A stretch of DNA of 63,393 nucleotides, counting the filler, from Octopus bimaculoides (lineage: Eukaryota), in assembly GCF_001194135.2 (NCBI RefSeq). It is 5 parts of 5 records of this genome, joined end to end, with 100 filler letters (N's around TTAATTAATTAA, not from the genome) between each part and the next. Parts side by side here need not be neighbours in the genome. Positions count along the whole stretch, not along the records: positions 1 to 29,733 come from NC_068985.1; positions 29,834 to 41,803 come from NC_069005.1; 3 more parts are not named here. One strand, given 5' to 3'. Below the pieces are notes generated by a model, which did no database searches, was not told the origin of the DNA, and saw only the letters and a list, made by a program, of their open reading frames with translations. The translations under genes were made by a program, and so were the position numbers. Every line of letters starts with the position of its first letter. Position 1 is the first letter of the stretch. Shown piece after piece: positions 25,233-37,503 of this stretch.

Positions 25233-25511
25233 ACCGACCATTCAGAATGCTTAGCTACAGAGTATGCACTGACTGTCACCTGTGTTTACATGATACTGCT
25301 GCGATGCTGCGTATGTTTATACGGAATTACGTACTTGTACCCATCAATGTTGGGGCCAGAGAAAATGAAATATACGAAGACGCTTTATCCTAACAAAAGA
25401 TGCAGATGAATTATTGTCTGCAGAGAAAGATGGAGATGGTCAAGAAAATACGTGATAGAGGAAGCTTTACTAATATGAGCCGCGGGTTTGATGTCAATAT
25501 ATCTACTATTT

Positions 25512-25915
25512 AAGGCGGCTTAGCGTCATGTCTGCGTTCTGAGTTCAAATTCCGTCGTGGCGGACTTTGCTTTCATTCTTTAGGGGTTGATGAGTTAAGT
25601 ACCTGCTGAGCGCTGGGGTTGATGTAATCAACTAATCCCACCCACGAAACTGCTGGCCTAATGCTAAAATTTGAAACCAATTGGTCCCTTACCATTTAAG
25701 GTGGTGATCTGGAAGAATTGTCAGCACACCGGGCGAAACGCTTAGCGGTATGTCGTTCATCTTTACGTTCTGAGTTTAAATTGCGCCAAGGTCTACTTTG
25801 CCTCTCATCTTTTCAGGGTCGATAAAATAGGTACGGGTCGCGTACTGGGATCGATGCAATCCATTTACCTCCTATACCAAAATTTCTGGCCTTGTGCAGA
25901 TATTTGAAACCAATA
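25512..25915 (+). mobile_element. Two head-to-tail SINE family C copies (25512-25682 and 25698-25915)
   Basis: Each has a gagtt.aaatt.cg B-box, a gggt.gat body and a tttgaaaccaat tail. Confidence 0.8.
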
Positions 25916-28008
25916 TAATCTCCCATTCGTTCCGATTCGAAACTGTGTGTAAATGTTTCGTCTATCTCTGATTCATATATCACTATGATTTTTTTGTAAC
26001 CAAACCTTCGTGATAAACGAGGATAGACGTATAATAAACAAAATGTAAGATATTTCGGATGTATTTGTTATTATGGAATATAAAAAAAGTAATTACTTAA
26101 CGCTATAACTATCGCAGTTTATCAATGCATTTCAGATGTAAGTTGTAAATAATACATCACCTTTTAACATAAGAATTCATATCAAATATACATAGAAATA
26201 CGGATATTAGGAGACACCCATCCAGCTAGATGGATGGCTTTGTGCGCACATGTTACTATTTTTATGTGGGTGATTTTGCATTTATATTCATAAACATGTA
26301 AATACATTCTCTTATAAATAACAAGAAATTCCTATTCATTGATAGACACGAAAATAATATTATACATCAGTATGTACACACATATGCACATATAGAATTG
26401 CATAAGCATACACAACAACACAAACACAAGTATGTTGTGTACGTGTTTGTGAGTGAGCATGTGTATGTCAGTGTGGTTTGCAGAGATGTGTGATTAAATC
26501 TGTGAAAGTATATTTAATGTCTAATATTTAATAAACAATAAGTTAGAATAACAATTTATAACACTACTGAAGATCTTGAGAACTTTTTCATTCGTTCACA
26601 ACAGAAAATACAATGTGTGTCTTGTCTGTTTGTCTGCATGCCTGCCTGCCTGTCTGTCTGACTGTCTGGCTGTCTGTCTCATTTTCTCTTTGCTTCTCNN
26701 NNNNNNNNNNNNNNNNNNNNNNNNNNNNNNNNNNNNNNNNNNNNNNNNNNNNNNNNNNNNNNNNNNNNNNNNNNNNNNNNNNNNNNNNNNNNNNNNNNNN
26801 NNNNNNNNNNNNNNNNNNNNNNNNNNNNNNNNNNNNNNNNNNNNNNNNNNNNNNNNNNNNNNNNNNNNNNNNNNNNNNNNNNNNNNNNNNNNNNNNNNNN
26901 NNNNNNNNNNNNNNNNNNNNNNNNNNNNNNNNNNNNNNNNNNNNNNNNNNNNNNNNNNNNNNNNNNNNNNNNNNNNNNNNNNNNNNNNNNNNNNNNNNNN
27001 NNNNNNNNNNNNNNNNNNNNNNNNNNNNNNNNNNNNNNNNNNNNNNNNNNNNNNNNNNNNNNNNNNNNNNNNNNNNNNNNNNNNNNNNNNNNNNNNNNNN
27101 NNNNNNNNNNNNNNNNNNNNNNNNNNNNNNNNNNNNNNNNNNNNNNNNNNNNNNNNNNNNNNNNNNNNNNNNNNNNNNNNNNNNNNNNNNNNNNNNNNNN
27201 NNNNNNNNNNNNNNNNNNNNNNNNNNNNNNNNNNNNNNNNNNNNNNNNNNNNNNNNNNNNNNNNNNNNNNNNNNNNNNNNNNNNNNNNNNNNNNATATAT
27301 ATATATATATATATACATATATACATTGTCACAGACACATACAATTCAAACATATAAATACGCATATACTGGATGCGTTCAAATACTTCTGATTCACCAG
27401 TCTTGATGAGTGTTTCATTGCAAAACACACGGTGTTCATAGGTCGAAGCGACGATCGTAACAGTGACTAAAACCAATAAAACATTAGTGACATGAACGCA
27501 CCATTACCATCTATTAAAGTTCTCTAGCACTAAAACAAGGGTCGGGAAGATATGGAAGGATTTTCTGTTGCACCCTCTGTATACCTAAGTGTGTAACTAT
27601 ACATTCATATATAAAAATATATATGTAAGCATACACTTACAGAAATGCTTTGTATGCGATTGTAAGCATGAGTATGTGAGTTTACTATGTAGAAAGGTGT
27701 GCGTTTAGATCTACTAACTTATATGTGATATCCAATATAGCGAGGCACTGATCCTGAATTTCCAGGTTTCTGAAGAGTTTTGAGGTATGCTCTCACCCGC
27801 AGAATTACAGCTATAGATTAAGTAGCATATATGGTGATAATCACTCAAAGCACGGGGACGGGTAAATACATTTGTTTGGTGGCAGGGCGTGTAGTCAAAC
27901 CTCTGGGAGTTAGGCTCGCCAAGGTGTTGCTACTGCGTCCTTCTAGGAGTGGAACGTTCTTCAATAAAACCTACGGCTTCATGCGATTGTTAGAGAATTT
28001 CTTTAGCT

Positions 28009-28165
28009 GATGCGTGACATAGTGGTTAGAGTGTTGGATTCATTATCGTAAGATTGTGGTTTCGGTTCCTGGACCGGGTGTCGCACTGTGTTCTTCAGCA
28101 AAAAAACTTCATTTCATGTTGCTTCACTTCGATCAGCTGGAAAAATAAGTATTCCTGCGTATAGA
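28009..28165 (+). mobile_element. SINE family B head, ending near a gap
   Basis: gtgacatagtggttagagtg..atcgtaagattgtggtttcggttcctggaccggg..gttcttcagcaa..cagctggaaaaataag. Confidence 0.75.
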
Positions 28166-29733
28166 ATATATATATATATATANNNNNNNNNNNNNNNNNN
28201 NNNNNNNNNNNNNNNNNNNNNNNNNNNNNNNNNNNNNNNNNNNNNNNNNNNNNNNNNNNNNNNNNNNNNNNNNNNNNNNNNNNNNNNNNNNNNNNNNNNN
28301 NNNNNNNNNNNNNNNNNNNNNNNNNNNNNNNNNNNNNNNNNNNNNNNNNNNNNNNNNNNNNNNNNNNNNNNNNNNNNNNNNNNNNNNNNNNNNNNNNNNN
28401 NNNNNNNNNNNNNNNNNNNNNNNNNNNNNNNNNNNNNNNNNNNNNNNNNNNNNNNNNNNNNNNNNNNNNNNNNNNNNNNNNNNNNNNNNNNNNNNNNNNN
28501 NNNNNNNNNNNNNNNNNNNNNNNNNNNNNNNNNNNNNNNNNNNNNNNNNNNNNNNNNNNNNNNNNNNNNNNNNNNNNNNNNNNNNNNNNNNNNNNNNNNN
28601 NTTTCGCATTTACCAGTGCATTTTTTTCTTTTGAAGTTTATAATTTTGAAACACTAAGATAACTTCGGATTAAGAAACCACTCAGCTAACCATATGTGCC
28701 TGGTCGAGTAGGTAGCTTCTGAGTCAAGACAGTTCCGAGTGAACGCCTGGTGCGACCTACGAGTGATATTTCTCCTGATGGTGCAGCAGCCTAATGAAAC
28801 TTTCACAGAACGTCTATTAATTTTTCTGTCTACGGTTATCTGGAAAACGATTATCTATTAAGGAAAGCGCGCTTCTAATAACGTTAGCCTTAACTTCCAC
28901 TGTAAAAATGTCAATCCATATATCGTACAAATTTTAAATTTCGTACTTTTGATTAGAGGGTTATAAGTTATCTTTTCATTGACGTCAGTTAGCCAAATCA
29001 TTATTATAATAGGAAATTGCATTATTGATTATTTCCTTAGAAGAGTGATTAGATATCTTATTGCTGATGTTGGCTAAAAAGTTTTTGAACACTCTATGGG
29101 GATGGTGACAAGAATGTTCATGTATAAACGAGAGTTTTTCAATAGATTTATGACAGGCTTTATAAGAGCCCAAATTTAACTCTAAGGAGGTAACTAAGAA
29201 ATCGACATTATAGAGGTTAATGGTTATAGTGATTAAGAGGTTTACTTGACGAAAAGTAGATAAGCATTTATTTAGATTTTACGTTCAGATTTTGACGAAT
29301 ATCAACTTTACGATTCATCCATTCGGATTCGTTAAAATAAAGTACTAATGAAACATTGAGGTTAGTAACTGCCTGTGGAAAAAAATTTACGATAAAAATT
29401 CGTTATTTTCAATTGTTCGCTACGTACGTTTCGCAGTTGTGGTTGTTTGGAATGTCAGCATAGGATTTCTAAGTGCATTTCATCGAAATGCATTTGATCT
29501 CTGTGACATAACGCAATGAAGTATTCCCCTAACGTTCAGTTGTGTTCAAGCGTTCAATTATATTTAGTCAAACAAGTGCAACTTTAACATAAGGTTCCAA
29601 AAAACGGAAACGCAGAAACGTACGTAGAAAGAAATCATATAAACTTTTATTTTTCATAAATTCTCCTACATTTGCCCTGTATGCCTTTACTAGTATAAAT
29701 AGTAACCAAATCACTATAATTGAAGAAGACTGA

Positions 29734-29833
29734 NNNNNNNNNNNNNNNNNNNNNNNNNNNNNNNNNNNNNNNNNNNNTTAATTAATTAANNNNNNNNNNN
29801 NNNNNNNNNNNNNNNNNNNNNNNNNNNNNNNNN
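29734..29833. other. Artificial scaffold linker N44-TTAATTAATTAA-N44; identical linkers at 41804-41903, 59737-59836 and 61354-61453
   Basis: The same exact 100-bp structure occurs four times, and TTAATTAATTAA gives stops in all six frames. Confidence 0.95.
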
Positions 29834-29886
29834 AAACACAGTGTTACAGAACTCTGCGGTTGAGAGAATTTTCAAAGCCAAACATT

Positions 29887-30285
29887 TACTCTTTTACTCT
29901 TTTACTTGTTTCAGTCATTTGACTGTGGCCATGCTGGAGCACCGCCTTTAGTCGAGCAAATCGACCCCAGGACTTATTCTTTGTAAGTCTAGTACTTATT
30001 CTATCGGTATCTTTTTGCTGAACCGATAAGTTACGAGGACGTAAACACACCAGCATTGGTTGTCAAGCAATGGTGGAGGGACAAACACAGACACACATAC
30101 ATATATATACATACATATACACATATATACGACGGGCTTCTTTCAGTTTCCGTCTACCAAATCCACTCACAAGGCTTTGGTCGGCCCGAGGCTATAGTAG
30201 AAGACATTTGCCCAAGGTGCCATGCAGTGGGCCTGAACCTGGAACCATGTGGTTTGTAAGCAAACTACTTATCACACAGCCACTC
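29887..30285 (-). mobile_element. SINE family A, near full length and near consensus
   Basis: (CTCTTTTA)n tail, right arm, (TA/CA) spacer, and a left arm with CORE-like ccttgggcaaatgtctt and B-box ggttcaggccc. Confidence 0.95.
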
Positions 30286-30504
30286 GTCAATAATAGAGAA
30301 TTTTTGAAGTTAAATACAAGTTAAACACAGTGTCACAGAGCTCTTTGGTTGAGAGAATTTTGAAAGCCAAGCATTTGAAGAAATTATGTCAATGATGTAA
30401 GCTGATTAATTTTGCTTTTAAATGAATTTTTGAATGCCAAACGTAAGAGATAAATGTAACAAAAGATTGACCGATTATGTTTCTGAAGGAATCTTGAATG
30501 CTAA

Positions 30505-30892
30505 TTATTGGTTTCAAATTTTGATACAGGGCCAGCAATTTTGGTCACCGTCAAAAAGATGAAAAGCAAAGTTGACCTCGGCAGAATTTGAACTCAGAAT
30601 GTAAAAGTAGGTGAAATGCCGCTAAGAATTATGTCTAGTGTGCTAACAATTCTGCCAGCTTGCCACATTTGAATGCTAAATATTGGTTTCAAATTTTGGC
30701 ACAACGCCAGCAATTTTGGGGGAGGGAGTAAGTCAATTACTTCAGTCTCAGTGCTTAATTGGTACTTAGTGTATTGACTCTGAAAGGATGAAAGGCAAAG
30801 TTGACCTTGGCAGAATTTGAACTCAAAACATAAAGACAAAATGCTTCTAAGCATTTTACCCAATATGCTAATGAGTCTGCCAGCTTGCTACC
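30505..30892 (-). mobile_element. Two tandem SINE family C copies (~30505-30666 and ~30680-30892)
   Basis: Each has ggtttcaaattttg, ggcaaagttgacct.ggcagaatttgaactca and ctgccagct. Confidence 0.9.
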
Positions 30893-31069
30893 TTTGTATG
30901 CTAAATATTGAAGGGAGATTGGGGCAATAGCATTTATTAGTTTTTCCCTTATTGGGTGTGTGTGTGTGTGGGGGGGGGGGGGGGTAGGGAAGAAGCAGTG
31001 CCCATGGCTGTCATAGGTCCTCTTAGATAGGTGTGATTGATGGATTGATGATGCTGTTAATGTTCCTTT

Positions 31070-31440
31070 TGAATCTCTGCAAGTCAAAACCTACTGGAAA
31101 AATATGGACTAAGAGGGAGTCAAGAAGGGATGACGTTCTGAGAAGGAAGTTCTGAGAAGGAAGTTCTGAGAAGGAAGTTCTGAGAAGGAAGTTCTGAGAA
31201 GGAAGTACTGAGTTTGACCTCTGGTAGTTGGGTATAATTGTGATAAGAAGAGACACGTAGGTTGAGAATATCTCAGTGGAGATGGCATGAGCTTTGCTAG
31301 GTCTGAGGAGCAGAAATGATCAAAGTAACTCTAGTGGTCGAGCGTCCATCACTGACAAGACCAAGGAAGGTCGAATTCATGTGACCTGGTGGTGGCACTG
31401 ATACTGACAGGGATTTATCTTCCTGCTAGTGACATAAACA
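31070..31440 (+). mobile_element. Decayed RTE-type LINE C-terminal fragment containing a 14-bp tandem array
   Basis: LLEKYGLRG, VLR, SWV and ITDKT follow the RTE pattern LREKLGIRG..HVLRM..SWVKKC..VLEKT. Weak. Confidence 0.4.
31135..31212. repeat. 14-bp tandem repeat (GTTCTGAGAAGGAA)x5 plus a partial unit
   Basis: Five perfect units at 31135-31204. Confidence 0.97.
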
Positions 31441-32360
31441 AGAGAATAAGAGTGCATTTTGCACCAAAAGCCAATATAAGAGTATAGTCTGTCTTAACAG
31501 TTTATCCACATTGAAGTAGGGACGGATAAATAAAGTAATAGCAAAAAAAAGCAAAGAGAGGACAGAATGCCTGTGGGCCAGAAGTCCTGCATATTTTTAC
31601 TCTTCCATTTACAGATTGCATCTGTAATATGCAAATTAGCTGGTTGAGTTCTTCTTTCGAAAACCTTGGCTTTTCCAGATTGTCACTTAGAGATTTATTA
31701 ACGATGTCAGGTTAATGTCAATGTCTCCTGGGGCTAAACAACAGTAACATTCACCCTAAAACGGGACTGCCACATTAGGTCGGCAAAAAATCGTTACTTT
31801 AAAGTGCTGCTACTGAATATCTCTCATTGAGAGATTTAGGAACAACAATGTTTCTATTTTATTAGTTTACCAATTACTATTGATAAAAATGAGAAATTAG
31901 CATGTACATGTGTGTGTGTGTGGAGATGTTCTCAGTTGCCATTTGGTAATTATAATATAATTTTCTAGAATTTTCATAAATCAAAAATTTATATTATATG
32001 GTATTTGATATACCTGTATTTGTCTGTGTTATTCACATACATGCCACAAGCCATTCTGATTTATTTCTTTTGGATTACTTTGGTTTAAATTAATGGCATT
32101 AGTGCCTAGTGATATTTTTTCTGACTTTATATCCTGAATTTGAATTCCACTAAGGTCAACTTTGCCTTTCATCCTTTTGGGGTTGATAAAATAAGTATGA
32201 CAGTACGACTAAGTTGGTAAGCTTTGACAATCTTGAATGTTGTATTACATCCTTGGTTTTATATCATAGAAAGACCTGAGCCTGCAGTTGCTGGGAACAA
32301 AGTACAGAAGCTACCTCATTAAGCTGTGGATTCTGAAAAAGATCTGCCAGGCACAGACAT

Positions 32361-32772
32361 CTTTTATCTGTTTCAGTCATTAGATTGTGACCATGCTGGG
32401 GCACCACCTTGAAGTACTTTTAGTCAAGTGAATCAACCCCAGGACTTATTATTTAAAAAAAAAATCTGATACTTATTCTATCAGTCTTTTTTTGCTAAAC
32501 TCTTAAGTTACAGGGATGTAAACAAACCAACACCAGTTGTCAAGTGGTGATTGGGTGGGGACACACAAATACAGACACAAAGACGCACATACACACACAA
32601 ACACATGCACACACACAAACATGCACACAAACACGCACACAAACACGCAAGGCTTTTTGGTTGGCCTGAGGCTACAGAAGAAGACACTTGCCAAAGGTGC
32701 CATGCAGTGGGACTGATACCAGAACCACATGGTTAGTAAGCAAGCCTCTTACCATACAGCCACACCTGTGCC
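32361..32772 (-). mobile_element. SINE family A
   Basis: Right arm, CA spacer and shortened left arm ending cagccacacctgtgcc. Confidence 0.9.
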
Positions 32773-33238
32773 TATGGACCATGCCTTCAACTATATATTT
32801 ACATATATATATATATATATATANNNNNNNNNNNNNNNNNNNNNNNNNNNNNNNNNNNNNNNNNNNNNNNNNNNNNNNNNNNNNNNNNNNNNNNNNNNNN
32901 NNNNNNNNNNNNNNNNNNNNNNNNNNNNNNNNNNNNNNNNNNNNNNNNNNNNNNNNNNNNNNNNNNNNNNNNNNNNNNNNNNNNNNNNNNNNNNNNNNNN
33001 NNNNNNNNNNNNNNNNNNNNNNNNNNNNNNNNNNNNNNNNNNNNNNNNNNNNNNNNNNNNNNNNNNNNTATATATATATATATATATATTTATCTGTATG
33101 TATATATCTCATACACAAAAAGATGGGATGGTCACCACTTAACATCTTTAATCATAAGTTTTACTCAATCAGAGATGACCTACAACTTAACAACAACAGC
33201 AATTATTTTTTGTTTTGTTTTGATTTTCAATTTTCAAG

Positions 33239-33275
<37 letters not shown>

Positions 33276-33977
33276 ATCTTCTTCTTCTTCTTCCCAAGGT
33301 TGACATTTTTAATCCTACTTATTTCTATAGTTCCAGAGACAATTGCTTATTTCACCACCACCACCACCACCTCTGCTGCTGCAACCATTATTACCACTGC
33401 TCTACTACTGCTACAGCCATAACAACAACCACTACTACTACTACTACCACCACCACCACCACCGCCGCTGCCGCTTCTACATATAACTGGACTGTACACT
33501 GAGCCCTCCCCACCCTGCAGGGCAGGAGTTTTCCTTATTCTGTAAAATAACATGAAAAGGACGTAAACAGATTTATGACCGACTTAAAGAGGAGAAGTAG
33601 GAGGAGTGTTAGTGGTGGATAGGTAGGTGGGCAGATAGAAAGGAGGGAGCAAGAGAGAGAGAGGGAGAGAGAGAGAGAAGTAGAGAGAGTATGTGTGTGA
33701 GAGAGAGAGAGAGAGAGAAAGAATCATGTCATTGTAACCACATGTAAAAACAAATGACAATTTGGGCTGTAGAAATGATGTATAAATGTCACATGAACAG
33801 AAAAAAAGGATGTCTAGTTAGATAAAGGAGGTGTCTTATTTCTGAGTAAAGACATCAGTTTACCTGAGGAAGACAAACAGACAGACAAACACCTATGTAT
33901 ATTACCAGTGAAAATTGTGACATGTTAAGTTATGGGTGTATTTCTGAGAAAATCTTGGATATTATGTGTGTGCGTGC

Positions 33978-34029
<52 letters not shown>

Positions 34030-34054
34030 GTATGTATTTATGCATGTATGTGCA

Positions 34055-34087
<33 letters not shown>

Positions 34088-34150
34088 GTGTATCTATCTC
34101 TCTATCCCTCTACCTACCTACCTACCTCTCTCTCTCTATCTACCTATCTC

Positions 34151-34186
<36 letters not shown>

Positions 34187-34187
34187 C

Positions 34188-34220
<33 letters not shown>

Positions 34221-34716
34221 CACCTGTCTGTCTGTCTGTGTATGTGTGTGTGTGTGTGTAGCTATGCATTTATATATTCTCACTGGAGACTGATACATGT
34301 TCAAAGGTGATTCATTCTATTGTTATTCAAAATTTCTTGTTTCTTAGCATTCATTCAATCAACGAAGATATGAATCACTAAGGATCATTTTCTGAAAGAT
34401 AAGCATTGTTTTTATTCATCACAGGGGATTGAAACACACTGCCAACATAGTGACACCTCTTACAAAATGAGTAACATGCGAGAGGATGCTGAAAGGTTCT
34501 TGGCTTTGGGTAAAAGAAAATACAGGAGGATCAGTTAATTATGATTTTATTCAACATATTCCCGTCTTAGATTCACACACTTATTGCAGTGGTCCTTTAG
34601 TTTTTCTAAGGCCTGTAAAAGAACTCGGAAACTTGGGCCTCCAACCAGGCCTTTCACGATACCCTTAAAACCAGGAACTTCTCAGCAACCCATCACTTAT
34701 ATGTGTGTACATACAT

Positions 34717-34879
<163 letters not shown>

Positions 34880-34901
<22 letters not shown>

Positions 34902-35030
34902 TTAATGTCAAATTTTTATGTTTACTAGGGTCAGATGAAATTTGTTGAGGCAGATTTTCTCTGGCTGGATACCCTTCCTGCTACCAACCTTTACCTGCTT
35001 CCAAGCCAGGAAATATTTCCTTCCCTATGC
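34880..35030 (-). mobile_element. RTE-related 3' end with (GAT)n tail, diverged
   Basis: catcatcatttaatgtc...gctggatacccttcctgctaccaacc resembles the cleaner copy at 36385-36620. Confidence 0.7.
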
Positions 35031-35425
35031 TCTTTTTCTTGTTTCAGTCATTTGACTGTGGCCATGCTAGAGCACCGCCTTTAGTCGAGCAAATCAACCC
35101 CAGGACTTATTCGTTGTAAGCCTAGTACTTATTCTATCGGTCACTTTTGCCGAACCGCTAGGTGATGGGGACATAAACACACCAGCATCGGTTGTCAAGC
35201 GATGTTGGGGGGACAAACACAGACACACAAACATGCACACATACACATACTTATATATATATACATACATACATATATATGATGGGCTTCTTTCAGTTTC
35301 CGTCTACCAAATCCACTCACAAGGCTTTGGTTGGCCCGAGGCTATAGTAGAAGACACTTGCCCAAGGTGCCACGCAGTGGGACTGAACCCAGAATCATGC
35401 GGTTCATAAGCAAGCTACTTACCAC
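35031..35425 (-). mobile_element. SINE family A, near consensus, 5'-truncated
   Basis: Clean right arm, spacer and left arm, with B-box ggttcagtccc on the minus strand. Confidence 0.95.
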
Positions 35426-35479
35426 GATGACTAGAAATGAACAAACCTCTGCACTAATAAAACTGTTGGAAGTGGGGGC

Positions 35480-35650
35480 ACTTAAAAAGCACTCTTTGAA
35501 TGTTGGGCCTCATGGAATTGATAAGTGACTGAGACCTTTGGTGATATGCTGTACTTGAGAAGACTCAAACCAAGTGAAAATGTAGTTGCTGCTGATGCCG
35601 GTGTCATCTAACAGGCACTCAAGTCAGTGGCACATAAAAAGTACCCTTTG
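35480..35650 (+). mobile_element. RTE LINE ORF C-terminus and start of 3' UTR
   Basis: LGLMELISD*DLW*YAVLEKTQTK* matches the RTE-type LGLxEEMTxDRDLWRxAVLEKT. It is followed by gtggcacataaaaag, also seen in 36385-36620. Confidence 0.65.
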
Positions 35651-35934
35651 CTAATAATAGCAAATGATAAAGGTTATGAAGGGTAATGGAGTCAACCAAA
35701 CCCTAAGGGTACAGGTAATACCGAGTAAGTGCTGTATATCGACTAGTTTTGCCCCTGATGTGGTTNNNNNNNNNNNNNNNNNNNNNNNNNNNNNNNNNNN
35801 NNNNNNNNNNNNNNNNNNNNNNNNNNNNNNNNNNNNNNNNNNNNNNNNNNNNNNNNNNNNNNNNNATGTATATATATGTATATATGTGTATGTATATATA
35901 TGTATATGTATATACATATCTATGTCTATATGTA

Positions 35935-36002
<68 letters not shown>

Positions 36003-36171
36003 CACACACACACACAGTGTAAACAGAGTTAGCAGTTATAGTAACCGACTAAGAGATAAAATATCTGTATATACTATTGGTATCTGTTACTCATGTTATC
36101 TCTGGGTATCGGTGTGCAGGCACACTATGCAACAGGATAAACAAGAGTTTATCCGGAAACAAATATAATTA

Positions 36172-37048
36172 ATCAGAAAATGGAGAAAACCTCAGATCAA
36201 TAAACACATCGATTGGACCATATTTATAGCATATGTTTTAATACAAAGCATGACATTACAAATAGGTGATGTAACAAATCTTGCGGCAATTTTCGCATCC
36301 GTTGTCAAACACTGTCTATACATAATTGGGAAAATAAAATTCTTCATCTTCATAGGTCATTTGAATTAAGGCCTGGACCTTCATCATCATCATCATCATC
36401 GTTTAATGTCCGCTTTCCATGCTAGCATGGGTTGGACGATTTGACTGAGGACTGGTGAAACCGGATGGCAACACCAGGCTCCAATCTAATTTGGCAGAGT
36501 TTCTACAGCTGGATGCCCTTCCTAACGCCAACCACTCAGAGAGTGTAGTAGGTGCTTTTACGTGTCACCCGCACGAAAACGGCCACGCTCGAAATGGTGT
36601 CTTTTATGTGCCACCCGCACCAGAGTAAAAAACAAGAGCATCCAATATAAACAAAGGGGTTATGAGGTCCGTAGGTAAGAAAAGCATTTTTAGCTATGGA
36701 CCTTGTAACCCCAAGTTGGTAAATTATATGTTTTAGTATATTGGGCTTCTAGACTTCTTTTCTAGGCCATGTTTTCTTCCCTATTCCTTCTTTTCTTTGT
36801 TTATATTGGATGCTCTTGTGTTTTTTTTTACTCTGATGAAACTCCATGCCTTAATTCAAATGTCCTGTGAAGATGAAGAATTTTATTTTCACAATTCTGT
36901 ATAGACAGTGTTTGACAGTGGATACAGAAACGGCCGTAAGATATGTTATGTCGCTTGTATGTTATGTCATGCTTTGTATTAAAAAATAAGCTATAAATGT
37001 GGTCCAATCGATGTGCTTGTAGATCTGAGGTTTTCTCCATTTTCTGAC
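36172..37048. mobile_element. Non-autonomous TIR element (MITE-like or foldback) with ~250-bp inverted arms, flanked by TA
   Basis: 36172-36384 plus 36621-36655 is the reverse complement of 36795-37048, with scattered mismatches. TA at 36170-71 and 37049-50. Confidence 0.85.
36385..36620 (-). mobile_element. RTE-type 3' UTR fragment with (GAT)n tail, inserted in the left arm of the TIR element
   Basis: catcatcgtttaatgtccgctttccatgctagcatgggttggacg...ggatgcccttcctaacgccaacc. Absent from the sister arm. Confidence 0.85.
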
Positions 37049-37400
37049 TATATATATATATATATATATACACATGCATATACATATATATATATATATA
37101 TACACATGCATATACATATATATGCATATACATATATATGTGTATATATATATATATGTATATGTGTATATATATGTATTTATATGTGTGTGTATATATA
37201 TATGTATGTGTATGTATATGTATGTATATATATATGTATATATGTATATATATATGTATATGTATATATATATCTATATATATGTATATGTATATTTATA
37301 TATATGTATATGTATATATACATAGATGTATATGTGTATATATATATATATGTATATGTATATGTATATATATAGATATGTATATGTTTGCATATATATG

Positions 37401-37470
<70 letters not shown>

Positions 37471-37503
37471 TGTGTATGCATATATGTATGTATGTATGTA
37501 TGT
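37049..37503. repeat. (TA)/(TG)-rich compound microsatellite between the two TIR elements
   Basis: Direct. Confidence 0.95.

Noticed and set aside
29734-29833. Conserved TTAATTAATTAA motif appearing four times
   Set aside because: It is always centred in exactly 44+44 N, so it is a synthetic scaffold linker and not biology.
31135-31212. Heat-shock element array
   Set aside because: GAA/TTC spacing is 1 and 3 nt, not the 2 nt required by nGAAnnTTCn.
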